From contig JAPPDX010000093.1 of assembly GCA_028824415.1 (NCBI GenBank), forward strand, positions 11,370 to 75,369: a DNA stretch of 64,000 nucleotides. Direction: 5' to 3'. The stretch is from a bacterium. GTDB lineage: Bacteria; Actinomycetota; Acidimicrobiia; Acidimicrobiales; CATQHL01. A program made the translations under genes and the position numbers. The notes beneath the pieces are model-generated. The model ran no database searches. It saw nothing but the letters and a program-made list of their open reading frames with translations, and was not told the origin of the DNA. This document shows positions 22,609-32,089 of this stretch, one piece after another (within the stretch, counting starts at the first letter, position 1; the number at the start of each line of letters is the position of its first letter).

Positions 22609-24078
22609 TCAGAGTTGGGCGGCTGCTTCGGTGATGGCCTCCCAGGCGGCCTCGACGTGGTGGGCGCGGGTGGCGACGGTTCCCACCGAGAGGCGCAGCG
22701 TGTAGCGGCCGTCGAGCACGGTGTGGGTGCGGTAGAAGCGCCCCGAGTCGTTCAGTGCCGCCAGGATGCGGCGGTTGGCCTCGTCGCCGGCCCGGTGGCG
22801 GAAGCACACCAGGTTGAGCGGCGCGGGTGCGGCGAGCGAGAAATCAGGGTGCTCGCGCACCCAGCCGGCGAACTGCTGCGCCCAGGCGACGCCCGAGCGG
22901 ATGTGGGTCTGCAGGCCCTCCGCCCCGTACCAGCGCAGCACCAGCCACAGTTTCAGCGAGCGGAAACGGCGCCCCAGCGGCACCTGCCAATCCCTGTAGT
23001 CGATCACCGTCCCCTTCTCGCTCTCGGGGTTGCGCAGGTACTCGGGCGTGACGCCGAGGGCGTCGGTGAGCGCCCGGCGGTCAGCGACCCACATGGCCGT
23101 GCAATCGAGATTGGTGCACAGCCACTTGTGCGGGTTGAAGCAGTAGCTGTCCACGGCGCCCAGTCCCCGGTTCACGAAGCGGAACTCGGGACAGACCGCT
23201 GCCGCGCCGGCGAGGGCGCCGTCGACGTGGATCCACATCCCCTCGGCCCCGGCGACGGCCGCCAGACGAGCCACGGGATCGAACGCCAGCGAGGAGGTCG
23301 TGCCGACTGTGGCGACGGTGGCGCAAGGCACCAGACCGGCGGCGCGGTCGGCGGCGACCGCACGCTCGAGGGACTCGGAGCTCATGGCGTAGCTCTCGTC
23401 GCCGTCCACGTAGCGGACCCGGTCGGCGCCGAACCCGGCGATGCGGGCACTCTTGTAGATCGACGAGTGGGCGTGGGTGGAGGTGTAGATCACGAGGTCT
23501 GCGAGGGTCGCACCGGCCGTGGTGGCCAGGGACCGCTCCCGGGCGGCGACGAGCGCGCACAGAGCCGAACTGGAGGCCGAATCCTGGATCACCCCGCCGC
23601 CGGCGCTGTCGCTGCGGAACCGCCGGGGCAGCCCGCACAGCTCCACCAGCCAGTCCATCACCAGGGTCTCCAGTTCGGTGCAGGCCGGGCTGGAGGCCCA
23701 CAGCATCCCCTGCACCCCGAGACCCGACGACAGCAGGTCGCCCAGGATCGACGGGCCGGTGGCCGGCGAGGGGAAGAAGGCGAAGAATCCGGGTGCCTGC
23801 CAGTGGGTGAGGCCGGGCACGATGACGCGGTCGAGGTCGTCGAGCACGGCGTCGAACCCCTCGGGCGCGGCGGGGGGTGACTGTGGCAGCCCGGCGGCCA
23901 CCTCGCCCGGCTGCACCTGCGACAGGACGGGGAAGCTCTCGATCCGCTCGTGGTAGCCGGCCACCCAGTCCAGGAACCGCTCCCCCCACAGCCGCAACTC
24001 GTCGGGCGTCATGTGGGGTGCCACCGGCGCGGAGTCCCACTGCGACCGCTGTCCGGCGTCGTGCTCCGGGGTGTCCAT
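22609..24078 (-). CDS. Aromatic L-amino acid decarboxylase family (group II PLP decarboxylase)
   Basis: THWQ.PGFFAFFP, SPACTELE, FNPHKW, DYRDWQVPLGRRFRSLKLW. Confidence 0.92.
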   Translation of the reverse strand: MDTPEHDAGQRSQWDSAPVAPHMTPDELRLWGERFLDWVAGYHERIESFPVLSQVQPGEVAAGLPQSPPAAPEGFDAVLDDLDRVIVPGLTHWQAPGFFAFFPSPATGPSILGDLLSSGLGVQGMLWASSPACTELETLVMDWLVELCGLPRRFRSDSAGGGVIQDSASSSALCALVAARERSLATTAGATLADLVIYTSTHAHSSIYKSARIAGFGADRVRYVDGDESYAMSSESLERAVAADRAAGLVPCATVATVGTTSSLAFDPVARLAAVAGAEGMWIHVDGALAGAAAVCPEFRFVNRGLGAVDSYCFNPHKWLCTNLDCTAMWVADRRALTDALGVTPEYLRNPESEKGTVIDYRDWQVPLGRRFRSLKLWLVLRWYGAEGLQTHIRSGVAWAQQFAGWVREHPDFSLAAPAPLNLVCFRHRAGDEANRRILAALNDSGRFYRTHTVLDGRYTLRLSVGTVATRAHHVEAAWEAITEAAAQL

Positions 24079-24087
24079 GGTGGATGC

Positions 24088-24771
24088 CTAGCGGGCTGGG
24101 GGTTCGACGGCGATCACGAGAAGCTGCCGCAGGATCGCAGCCGTGGCACCCCAGATCGTGTCGCCGGGAATCTCGAAGAAGTTGATCGGCCGCATCGTCC
24201 CGTCGCGAGGCCAAAGCTCCTGGCGGTAGACGTCGGGTTCCAGCAGATCGCGCAACGGCACTTGGAGGATCTTCTCCACCTCCGCGGGATCGGGCCGCAA
24301 CCCCCCCGGACGTCCAGCCGGGAGCTCGGCGACGTAGGAGTGCACGAGCGAGTCGCTGCCCACGGTGAAGAACGGATCCAGCTCTCCGATGGGCACCGCC
24401 GCGGCGGGATCCAACCCGATCTCCTCGTGCGTCTCGCGCAGAGCCGTCTCCCAGAGGTCGGCGTCGCCCGGTTCACGGCCCCCACCGGGGAACGCCACCT
24501 CGTGGCTGTGGGTGCGCAGGTGAGCGGCCCGGCGGGTGAGGATCACGTGCAACTCATCCTGGTGCGTGTAGAGCGGGATGAGCACCGCCGAGAGCCGCCG
24601 GCTGCTCGCCGGCTCCTGCGGTCGGCTCCGATTCCGGATCCTGTCCCGGAGCATCTCCAGGTCCACCTGGCGCTCCCCCGGCGCCAGATCCGCCCACGGC
24701 GCCGCGGCGCCGGGTCGGACACCTGCCGGGCGCGGGATGTGCTGGGGGCCTCCCCGGGTGACGGTCGGCAT
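24088..24771 (-). CDS. CoA pyrophosphatase, Nudix family
   Basis: LTRRAAHLRTHSHEVAFPGG followed by Nudix box ALRETHEEIG; IWGATA. Confidence 0.9.
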   Translation of the reverse strand: MPTVTRGGPQHIPRPAGVRPGAAAPWADLAPGERQVDLEMLRDRIRNRSRPQEPASSRRLSAVLIPLYTHQDELHVILTRRAAHLRTHSHEVAFPGGGREPGDADLWETALRETHEEIGLDPAAAVPIGELDPFFTVGSDSLVHSYVAELPAGRPGGLRPDPAEVEKILQVPLRDLLEPDVYRQELWPRDGTMRPINFFEIPGDTIWGATAAILRQLLVIAVEPPAR

Positions 24772-25721
24772 CAGCCGTCGGGCCCCTGCTGGTCGCCGGA
24801 GGTCCCGGAGGGCAGGCCCGAGGTGACCGCGGCCCGCACGGCGTCGCCGACTGCGACGGTGGCGGCGATGCGCACGCCATCGATCGGGGCTTCGGCGTCA
24901 CCGACCGAGGCCACCACCAGGGCGTCCCCGTCGAAGCGTGTGTGTGCGGGCATGAGGGCGCGCGCCAGCCCGTCGTGGCCGCTCTGGGCGACCAGCAGGC
25001 ACTCGAGCTTGCTGAGTCGGACGTTCGTACAGATCACGCCGATCGTCGTGCTGGTCCCCAGCGGTGGCTGCGTCGGCGCCCGGAAATCCCCGCGACGCAG
25101 CGCGCCGGCCACCGAACCGTCATCAAGGTCGCCGACGGCGTTGACGGCCAGCAGCGCCGCCACGACGGCGGTCTCACCCGCCTCGGTCTCGAAGGAGAGC
25201 AGGGCGGATCCCAGACCGCCGGGCCTGCGGACCGCGCGCCAAATGCCGACCGTGGCCCCGGCGCCCGCACCGATCCGACCGACCGGCCACCCGGCGGCGG
25301 GACCCTCGCCGTCCGGCGACCTCGCCGCGCTCGCCGCCTCGTAACCGGCGCGGGCATCGGGCCACAACGGCGGCTTTCCGGGCCTCAGGTCGTACAGGGA
25401 CATGCCGACCACGATGGGAACCGGCCCGCCCGGTGTCGGGAAGCCCCGACCGGCCTCGCTGCAGTAGCGCACCACGCCCTCGGCCGCGGCCAGGCCGAAC
25501 GCCGAGCCACCCGAGAGCACCACCGCGTCCGCACCTGCCACGGTGCGCTCCGGGGCCAGCAGTTCCAGCTCCCGGCTGGCGGGTGCACCGCCGCGCACCT
25601 CCACCGAGGCAACCGTCCCATCCGGAAGCAGGACCACGGTGCAGCCGGTGCGACCGCTGGGATGGGTCCAGTGCCCGACGCGGACTCCGGCCAGTGACCG
25701 CGACCTGGAACCGGGACTCAC
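24771..25721 (-). CDS. S58/DmpA (P1) family peptidase or amidohydrolase
   Basis: GVRVGH, TGCTVVL, RGGAPASRE, SGGSAFGL, STTIGV, HTRFDGD. Confidence 0.9.
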   Translation of the reverse strand: MSPGSRSRSLAGVRVGHWTHPSGRTGCTVVLLPDGTVASVEVRGGAPASRELELLAPERTVAGADAVVLSGGSAFGLAAAEGVVRYCSEAGRGFPTPGGPVPIVVGMSLYDLRPGKPPLWPDARAGYEAASAARSPDGEGPAAGWPVGRIGAGAGATVGIWRAVRRPGGLGSALLSFETEAGETAVVAALLAVNAVGDLDDGSVAGALRRGDFRAPTQPPLGTSTTIGVICTNVRLSKLECLLVAQSGHDGLARALMPAHTRFDGDALVVASVGDAEAPIDGVRIAATVAVGDAVRAAVTSGLPSGTSGDQQGPDG

Positions 25722-25733
25722 CGCGCAACCCTG

Positions 25734-26879
25734 TCAGCGGTAGAGGCGGCGCACCCGCCGGCCGATGTCGCAGACCACCTCATAGGGAATCGTGTCGAGC
25801 CGCACCGCAATCTCCTCGGCGCTGATGCTCTCGGAGCCCTGCCTGCCGATCAGGACGACCTCGTCGCCGGCCACCACGTCGCCGTCGGAACCGCAGTCCA
25901 CCATGAGTTGATCCATCGTGACCACCCCTACCACAGATCGGCGCCGCCCCCTGATGAGGACCTCCCCGCCGAGCAGGCCGTAGTCGCGCCGTGCACCGTC
26001 CGCATAGCCGATGGGCACCGTCGCCACGCACGAGTCGGAGCTGAAGCGGTGGGCGAGCCCGTATGAGATCGCCTCGCCGGCGCGAACGGTCTTCACATAG
26101 GACACCTCGGTCCGGAGCCCCATCGCGGGGCGCAGCCCGCCGAGTTCGCCATCCAGCCCGGCGCCCGGTGACAAACCGTAGAGGGCGATCCCCGCCCGGA
26201 CCATGTCGTAGCGGCTGCGGCGACGGATCGGCGAGGTGTCGGGCCGGCCGGCGGAGAGCAGCAGCGCCGAATTGGCGGCGTGGCGCCGCAACGGACGCCG
26301 CACGCCGTCCCGGTCCGTCAACAGCGCCAGCACGTCCTCGTAGCGGCCGAGCTGCTCGTCGGTGAACGGGTTGTCCAGCTCGTCGGCGACGGCGCAGTGA
26401 GTCCAGACGCCCTCCAGCTCCAGGTCACTCTTGGCGACGATGGCACGCGCCAGCAGCAGGGCATCGTCGGGGTGCGCGCCGACGCGGTTCATCCCCGTGT
26501 CGATCTTGAGGTGCACAGGCAGGCGTCGAGCGGCGGAGGCGGCCGCCGCTGCCGCCGCGGCCAGGCCGACAGGGCTGTAGACCGAGGGGCGCAGGTCGTG
26601 CGCCACCACCTCCACCATCTCGTTGGGCCGCGGCTCGCTGAGCAGCAGGATCGGCGCCGTCACGCCCGCTTCGCGCAGTTCCACGCCCTCCTCCACGAGG
26701 GCGACCGCCAGCCACGTGGCGCCACCGGCCAGCGCGGCCCGCCCTGCGGCCACCGAGCCGTGCCCGTAGCCGTCGGCCTTGACCACCGCACACAGCTCGG
26801 CAGGGGCCGCCCGGCGGGCGAGTTCGGCGGCGTTGGCCTCCAGGGCCTCCAGGTCCACGACGGCCGAGGTGGGGCGCAT
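25734..26879 (-). CDS. alr: Alanine racemase
   Basis: AVVKADGYGHG, KIDTGMNR, PIGYADG. Confidence 0.97.
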   Translation of the reverse strand: MRPTSAVVDLEALEANAAELARRAAPAELCAVVKADGYGHGSVAAGRAALAGGATWLAVALVEEGVELREAGVTAPILLLSEPRPNEMVEVVAHDLRPSVYSPVGLAAAAAAAASAARRLPVHLKIDTGMNRVGAHPDDALLLARAIVAKSDLELEGVWTHCAVADELDNPFTDEQLGRYEDVLALLTDRDGVRRPLRRHAANSALLLSAGRPDTSPIRRRSRYDMVRAGIALYGLSPGAGLDGELGGLRPAMGLRTEVSYVKTVRAGEAISYGLAHRFSSDSCVATVPIGYADGARRDYGLLGGEVLIRGRRRSVVGVVTMDQLMVDCGSDGDVVAGDEVVLIGRQGSESISAEEIAVRLDTIPYEVVCDIGRRVRRLYR

Positions 26880-28327
26880 CAGTCGCTCCCGGACCCGCCG
26901 CCCAATCCCTGCCCCGCCGGCTCCAGCGTGGCCGCCAGAACGGCGGGGATCGCTCCGAGCAGATCGCCTCCGATGAGGCCGACGGGTGGACCGAGCGCAC
27001 CGGCCATCCCATGCACCTGCGCGGCGAGCGCGGGTGCATTCAGCGGATCCGCACCCTGCGCCAGGAGGGCGCCGATCATCCCGGCGAGCACGTCACCAGT
27101 ACCCGCGGTTGCCAATCGGGCGTCGCCCGAGGTCACGAAGCGGGCCGCTCCGTCGGGCGCGGCGACGACGGTGGTGGGTCCCTTGAGCAGCACGGTCGCT
27201 CCCGCTGCGGCCAGCGTCCGCGCCGCCTCCAAGCGATCGGCGCCGGGCCGGCAGCCCGCCAGCAATTCGTACTCCCCGTCGTGAGGCGTGAGTACCACCG
27301 GGGCGCGCGCCGCCGCCAGGACGGCCCCCAGGTCGCTGGCGAGCGCCGCCAGGGCGTCACCGTCCAGCACCAGGGGCACGGTCGCCCGCGCCACCAGTCC
27401 CCGCACCGCGGTCGCGGTCTGCGGATCTCTCCCCAAGCCAGGACCGACCACCAGTGAGCCGAACCGGGAGATGTCCAAGCGCTCATGCCAGTTCGCGGCC
27501 GGCAACGGCCCGAAGACCACCTCGGTCGGGACCGACGCATCGGGCTCGCCGCCCGGCACCGAGAGGCGCACATATCCCGCCCCGGACCGCAGCGCCGCCA
27601 GAGAGGCGAGAGACGCCGCCCCGCGCATTCCGGGAGAGCCGGCCACTACCCAGCAGGCGGAACGCCACTTGTGGGCATCGACTTCTCGCCGGGGCCAGAG
27701 GTCGGCCACGTCTGCCTCTGTCAACAGCTGCGCGGTCGCCGAGGTGACGTCCAGGCCGATGTCGGCGACACTGACCGACCCGGCCAGCCCACGACCCGGA
27801 TGCGCCAGCAGACCCGGCTTAAGCGCTGCGAACGTCACGGTGCGTGTCGCCGCCAAGGCGCCGCCCTGCACCTGTCCCGTGAGCCCGTCCACACCGGAGG
27901 GGATGTCCACAGCCAGAACGTTTCCGGCACCTTCAATGCCTGCCGGCGGGGTCCAGGGCCGGTTCAGCCCGGTGCCGTAGGCGGCGTCGATCAGCAGGTC
28001 GCAGGGTGGGAGTTCGGCGGCGTCGGGAGCGATGACCCGGCACTCGGCACCGGCGCGCTGCAGGTGGCGGGCCGCGGCCCGGCCGTCGGCCCCGTTGTTG
28101 CCGCGACCGGCCACGATGGTCACCCGGCGCCCCGCCAGAGCCTTGCGGCGAGCGGCCGACGGTCGTCCCGCCTCCAGGACCGCCGCGGCGCCCTCGGTCG
28201 CCCCCGTGAGTAGCTCCACCGCCGCCACGGCAACCGCGGCGCCGGCCCGCTCCACCAGTACGTCGGTGCCTTCCGGGGCGACAGCATCGATGGCCGCCAT
28301 CTCGGCGGGCGTGACGACAGGAATCAC
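26879..28327 (-). CDS. nnr: Bifunctional NAD(P)HX epimerase/dehydratase
   Basis: GRGNNGADG, AVDIPSG, TPHDGE, ATAGTGDVLAG; start GTG 28327. Confidence 0.92.
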   Translation of the reverse strand: MIPVVTPAEMAAIDAVAPEGTDVLVERAGAAVAVAAVELLTGATEGAAAVLEAGRPSAARRKALAGRRVTIVAGRGNNGADGRAAARHLQRAGAECRVIAPDAAELPPCDLLIDAAYGTGLNRPWTPPAGIEGAGNVLAVDIPSGVDGLTGQVQGGALAATRTVTFAALKPGLLAHPGRGLAGSVSVADIGLDVTSATAQLLTEADVADLWPRREVDAHKWRSACWVVAGSPGMRGAASLASLAALRSGAGYVRLSVPGGEPDASVPTEVVFGPLPAANWHERLDISRFGSLVVGPGLGRDPQTATAVRGLVARATVPLVLDGDALAALASDLGAVLAAARAPVVLTPHDGEYELLAGCRPGADRLEAARTLAAAGATVLLKGPTTVVAAPDGAARFVTSGDARLATAGTGDVLAGMIGALLAQGADPLNAPALAAQVHGMAGALGPPVGLIGGDLLGAIPAVLAATLEPAGQGLGGGSGSD

Positions 28328-28376
28328 GTCAGCGCATCCCCTGTCCCGGAGCCGGCGAGGGCCGACGTCCAGGAGC

Positions 28377-28404
28377 CTGGATCCCGGCCTCCGCCGGGAT
28401 GACG
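28377..28404. repeat. CGTC-tagged REP-like palindrome, copy 2
   Basis: 28/28 identical to 1219-1246. Confidence 0.8.
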
Positions 28405-28424
28405 ATCGGGAGTGACGACAGGGA

Positions 28425-28835
28425 TCATGCCGGGTCGTCGCTCCGGGCCTCCTGGGGCGGGGCAATCCCGTCGGCGGCGACGGCCACCGCCACCGCCACT
28501 GCGGAAGTGGCCGTGTGGGAGAGGCTCAGATGCCACCCCGTCACACCGGCTCGCCGGGCTCGCGCTGCGGCACGGCCGTGGAGGCGCACCTCGGGTTTGC
28601 CGCCGGGGGCGCGCACGACCTCCATGTCCCGGAACGCCACATCCCCGAATCCGGCGCCGAGTGCTTTCATCACGGCCTCCTTGGCTGCGAAGCGTGCCGC
28701 CAGGCGCTCGGTGGGATCGGCACGGGCTTCGGCGTAGGCCCGTTCGGCGGGGGTGAAGAGTCGCTCGGCGACCGACGGGCGGCGCGCCAGCAGAGCGCCG
28801 AAGCGCGGCACGTCCACGATGTCGATGCCGATCAT
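28425..28835 (-). CDS. acpS: Holo-ACP synthase
   Basis: IGIDIV, ARFAAKEAVMKALG, SLSH. Confidence 0.95.
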   Translation of the reverse strand: MIGIDIVDVPRFGALLARRPSVAERLFTPAERAYAEARADPTERLAARFAAKEAVMKALGAGFGDVAFRDMEVVRAPGGKPEVRLHGRAAARARRAGVTGWHLSLSHTATSAVAVAVAVAADGIAPPQEARSDDPA

Positions 28836-31800
28836 GGAGACCCCCTTCGCCAGCGCGCCGCAACGGTACCCAGGTCACCGACCAGGAGGTCCTCGGTGGG
28901 GACCTGCGCGAGCAGCGCCTCGTCGAAGGATGCCTCGGTCTCGGTGACCGCGTAGCGCAGGCGGCTGAACCGGTCCCGGTAGCGCCGGAGGACGTCGACG
29001 GCCACGGCGGGCTCCAGCCGCTCGTGCAGATCGACGTGCAGCAGCACCAGCCCGACCACCTCACCGCCCTTGATCTCGGGAACCAGCAGGATGAGGCGCC
29101 CGTCCCGCAGCCCCCGCGTCAGCAGCACCCGGCGCTCGCGGCTGACCTGGCGCTTGGTGCCCCGCAGGGCGGGATCGCGCCCGACCCGCGACTCGAAGGA
29201 CGCCGCCACACCGGAACGGTCGGCAATCTCTATCCGCTCGCCGTCGATGACATAGCGAACATGGCCGGTGACCCGGACGACCGCCCGGTCCAACCCCGCC
29301 AGCGCGGAGAGGGTCTCGTAGCTGAGGCGCTCTCCGTCGGTGCCGGCGGCCTGGACGGCCTCGGCAAGAGGCACCCGCAGCAGCGACTCCTCGCTGCGGG
29401 AGATCCCCACTGTGACCGTCTTGGCCTGATGGCGGATGGCGTCGACGGGACGGGTCAGCTCCTCGATGGCCTCGCTGAGAGCCCCCAGCAGCCGCTCCAG
29501 GATGCCCGCCGGTGTCCCCATCTCACCGAAGTCGATCTCGAACGCGCCCAGCGGAAGCACACCGAGGGCGTAACGGAACAGTGCATCGAGCCGCAGCGCG
29601 GTCGCGGCGGGAAGGTGCCCGTCGTAGCCGCCGTCGCGCAGGCGGCTCCCGAACTGCTCCGCGCCGGCGGCGATCGCCGGCCCCAGAGCGGCGAGCATCG
29701 CCTCGGCGTCGGTGACGGCGCCGTCGGGCTCGGCATCCAGCGCGGCCTCGACGGCTCCCCGGGTTCGCCGCAGCGGCTCGGCGCAGGCGTCGATGGCGAG
29801 AGCCGCCTCATAGGAGAAGAGGTGGCCGGCCATCGTCGCCAGCACGAAGGCGAGGTCGGGGTGCACCACCGGCAGCAGCACCGACTCCCCGGCAGCGCGG
29901 ACCAACTCGGCGTCGTCGCTGAACACAACCGGTGCACCGCGATGTGCCGCGTAGATGGCCACCTCCTTGGCGACGTCGCGGGCAGTGGAGCGATCGAGGC
30001 CCGCCGCGCAGACCAGGGTGAGAGGCTCTGCGGAGAGGTCGACGTGCTTCTTGTCCTCAGTGATGTCGCAGGCCACGGACCGATAGCACAACTCCGAGAG
30101 CTTGATCCGCACCTCCTCGGCGGCCAACCGGTTTCGGCCGTTGCCGACGGTTGCCCAGTGGCGCCGGGCCGGAACGAGCCGCTGAGCGATGTCGGCGATC
30201 CGCGGGCGCGCCGCCAGCACGTCGGTCATGGCGGCGGGCAGCTCTTCGAGTGCCGCCAGCAACACCGAGCGGCGCGCCGGGTCTCCCGGCAGCCCGAACA
30301 ACTCGGCGGTGGCGTACGCCAGCAGGAAGCCTGCGGCCACCTGGGCGTAGAAGGCCTTCGTGGAAGCGACGCTCATCTCCACGTCCCGCCCGTCGGATGT
30401 GTACAGCACGCCGTCGGCGCGGGCGGCGAGATCGCTCTCGCGACGGTTCACCACCGCCACGACCCACGCACCACGCGCCTGGACCAGGTCGACGGTGCGG
30501 TTGGTGTCGGTGGTTGTCCCGGACTGGCTGATCGCCACGACCAGGTGATCGGACATGTCGTCGCGCAGATCGAACCCCGAGAATTCGCTGGCGCGGCGGC
30601 TCACCACCTCGACATCGGCACCGCACAACTCGGCACCGATGATCTCGGCGACGGCCCGTGCAGCCACCGCCGCAGTGCCCTGGCCGATGACCACGATCCG
30701 GCGCGGTAACTCTCCGCCGGTAGGCAGGACGCCGTCGAGGGCAACCCTGCGGTCACCGGGCTCGCCGGCGATCCGGCCCGCCAGCGTCTTGGCGAACGAC
30801 TCGGGCGATTCGCCGATCTCCTTGAGCAGGAAGTGCGGGTACTCCCTGCGGTCGATGTCCCGCGTCGTGATCTCCGCCCGGGTCACCGCCGGCAGCGCCA
30901 ACTCGGTGCCGTCATAGGACCAGCGAGCGACTCCCGACGTCTCGCCGGCGGCCGCGGCGTCCAGCCGGACGATCTCCCCCTCGGTGCCGTTGGACTCGCC
31001 GGCACCCTCGGCGGCGTCAAAGCGCAGGTAGTCGCCGGTCTGCTCCACGAGCCCGTACGGCTCTGAGGCCACCACGAAGGCATCGGGGGCGAGTCCCACG
31101 TAGAGCGCCTGACCGCTGCCCCGGCGAGCCAACAGCAACCCGCCGGGATCGCCGCTGCTCAGCGAGGCGACGGCATGGGATCCCTCGAAGCTCGCCACGG
31201 CCGTGGCGAAAGCCTCCCGGTCGGATTGGCCCGAGACCTTCAGGCGGCGGGCCAGACCCGGAACGACCCTGGCATCGGTCGTGACGGCCGGGGGATAGGA
31301 CAGGTCGAAGCGGCTCACGACCGTGGCGTAGTTGTCGATGTCGCCGTTCACGGCCGCCAGGACCCAGGGCGCCCCGTCCGATGGCAGCGAGGCCACGGGA
31401 TGGGCGTTCGGCTCGGTGATGAGTCCCACGCTGGCCCAGCGCGTGTGCGCCAGGACCGTGCAACGCGCCCCCGGTTGCGCCAGCGCGGCCCGCAGCACGT
31501 CATCGCCGGCCAGCGCCGCCCGCAGCACCCGCGTGTTGTCGCCCAACTCGCCGACCTCCACCGCCGTCTTGTGGACGTGCACCGTCACGTTGGAGTCGCG
31601 CCAGCGGCTACCGGAGCGACCGAGCGGGTCGCCGGCGGCCGGGAACCCCACCGGCGGGCCGTCCGAAGTCACCATGACGGCGATTCCTGCCGAGTCCCTG
31701 CCGCGCACCTCCAGGCGGTCCAGCGCCGAGAGAGCCACCTGGATCGCCCACCACCCTGCCACGACTCCCTCCGTCGCCTCCGCCGCGTCTGCACCGAGGA

Positions 31801-32089
31801 GGTCCGCAATCGCCGCAGCGGTGGCCAACCGGTCCTCGCGAATGCTCCAGAGCGCATCGGCAAGAGTCGTTTCGTCCGCGTCGATCCGCTCGACGGCCGC
31901 CGCCACCTCCGCCCGCAAACCCGCCTCCCGCACCAGGCTGGTCAGCCCCGCCGGGCCGGCGAGTCGTCCCGCCACTGCACGAGCGTCGCCCCCCGTTGCG
32001 CCACCGCCGGCGAGCAACTCCAGGATCTCGGGCCCCGACGGCGCGGGGCGGCGGGGTGGGCGGCTGATGACCGCCACGATCCCGCACAT
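28832..32089 (-). CDS. glmS: Glutamine-fructose-6-phosphate aminotransferase, extended form (1085 aa)
   Basis: MCGIV N-terminus, RGRDSAG, AHTRWAS, SQSGTT.DT, VASTKAF, AKTVTV; lies after glmM. Confidence 0.88.
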   Translation of the reverse strand: MCGIVAVISRPPRRPAPSGPEILELLAGGGATGGDARAVAGRLAGPAGLTSLVREAGLRAEVAAAVERIDADETTLADALWSIREDRLATAAAIADLLGADAAEATEGVVAGWWAIQVALSALDRLEVRGRDSAGIAVMVTSDGPPVGFPAAGDPLGRSGSRWRDSNVTVHVHKTAVEVGELGDNTRVLRAALAGDDVLRAALAQPGARCTVLAHTRWASVGLITEPNAHPVASLPSDGAPWVLAAVNGDIDNYATVVSRFDLSYPPAVTTDARVVPGLARRLKVSGQSDREAFATAVASFEGSHAVASLSSGDPGGLLLARRGSGQALYVGLAPDAFVVASEPYGLVEQTGDYLRFDAAEGAGESNGTEGEIVRLDAAAAGETSGVARWSYDGTELALPAVTRAEITTRDIDRREYPHFLLKEIGESPESFAKTLAGRIAGEPGDRRVALDGVLPTGGELPRRIVVIGQGTAAVAARAVAEIIGAELCGADVEVVSRRASEFSGFDLRDDMSDHLVVAISQSGTTTDTNRTVDLVQARGAWVVAVVNRRESDLAARADGVLYTSDGRDVEMSVASTKAFYAQVAAGFLLAYATAELFGLPGDPARRSVLLAALEELPAAMTDVLAARPRIADIAQRLVPARRHWATVGNGRNRLAAEEVRIKLSELCYRSVACDITEDKKHVDLSAEPLTLVCAAGLDRSTARDVAKEVAIYAAHRGAPVVFSDDAELVRAAGESVLLPVVHPDLAFVLATMAGHLFSYEAALAIDACAEPLRRTRGAVEAALDAEPDGAVTDAEAMLAALGPAIAAGAEQFGSRLRDGGYDGHLPAATALRLDALFRYALGVLPLGAFEIDFGEMGTPAGILERLLGALSEAIEELTRPVDAIRHQAKTVTVGISRSEESLLRVPLAEAVQAAGTDGERLSYETLSALAGLDRAVVRVTGHVRYVIDGERIEIADRSGVAASFESRVGRDPALRGTKRQVSRERRVLLTRGLRDGRLILLVPEIKGGEVVGLVLLHVDLHERLEPAVAVDVLRRYRDRFSRLRYAVTETEASFDEALLAQVPTEDLLVGDLGTVAARWRRGSP

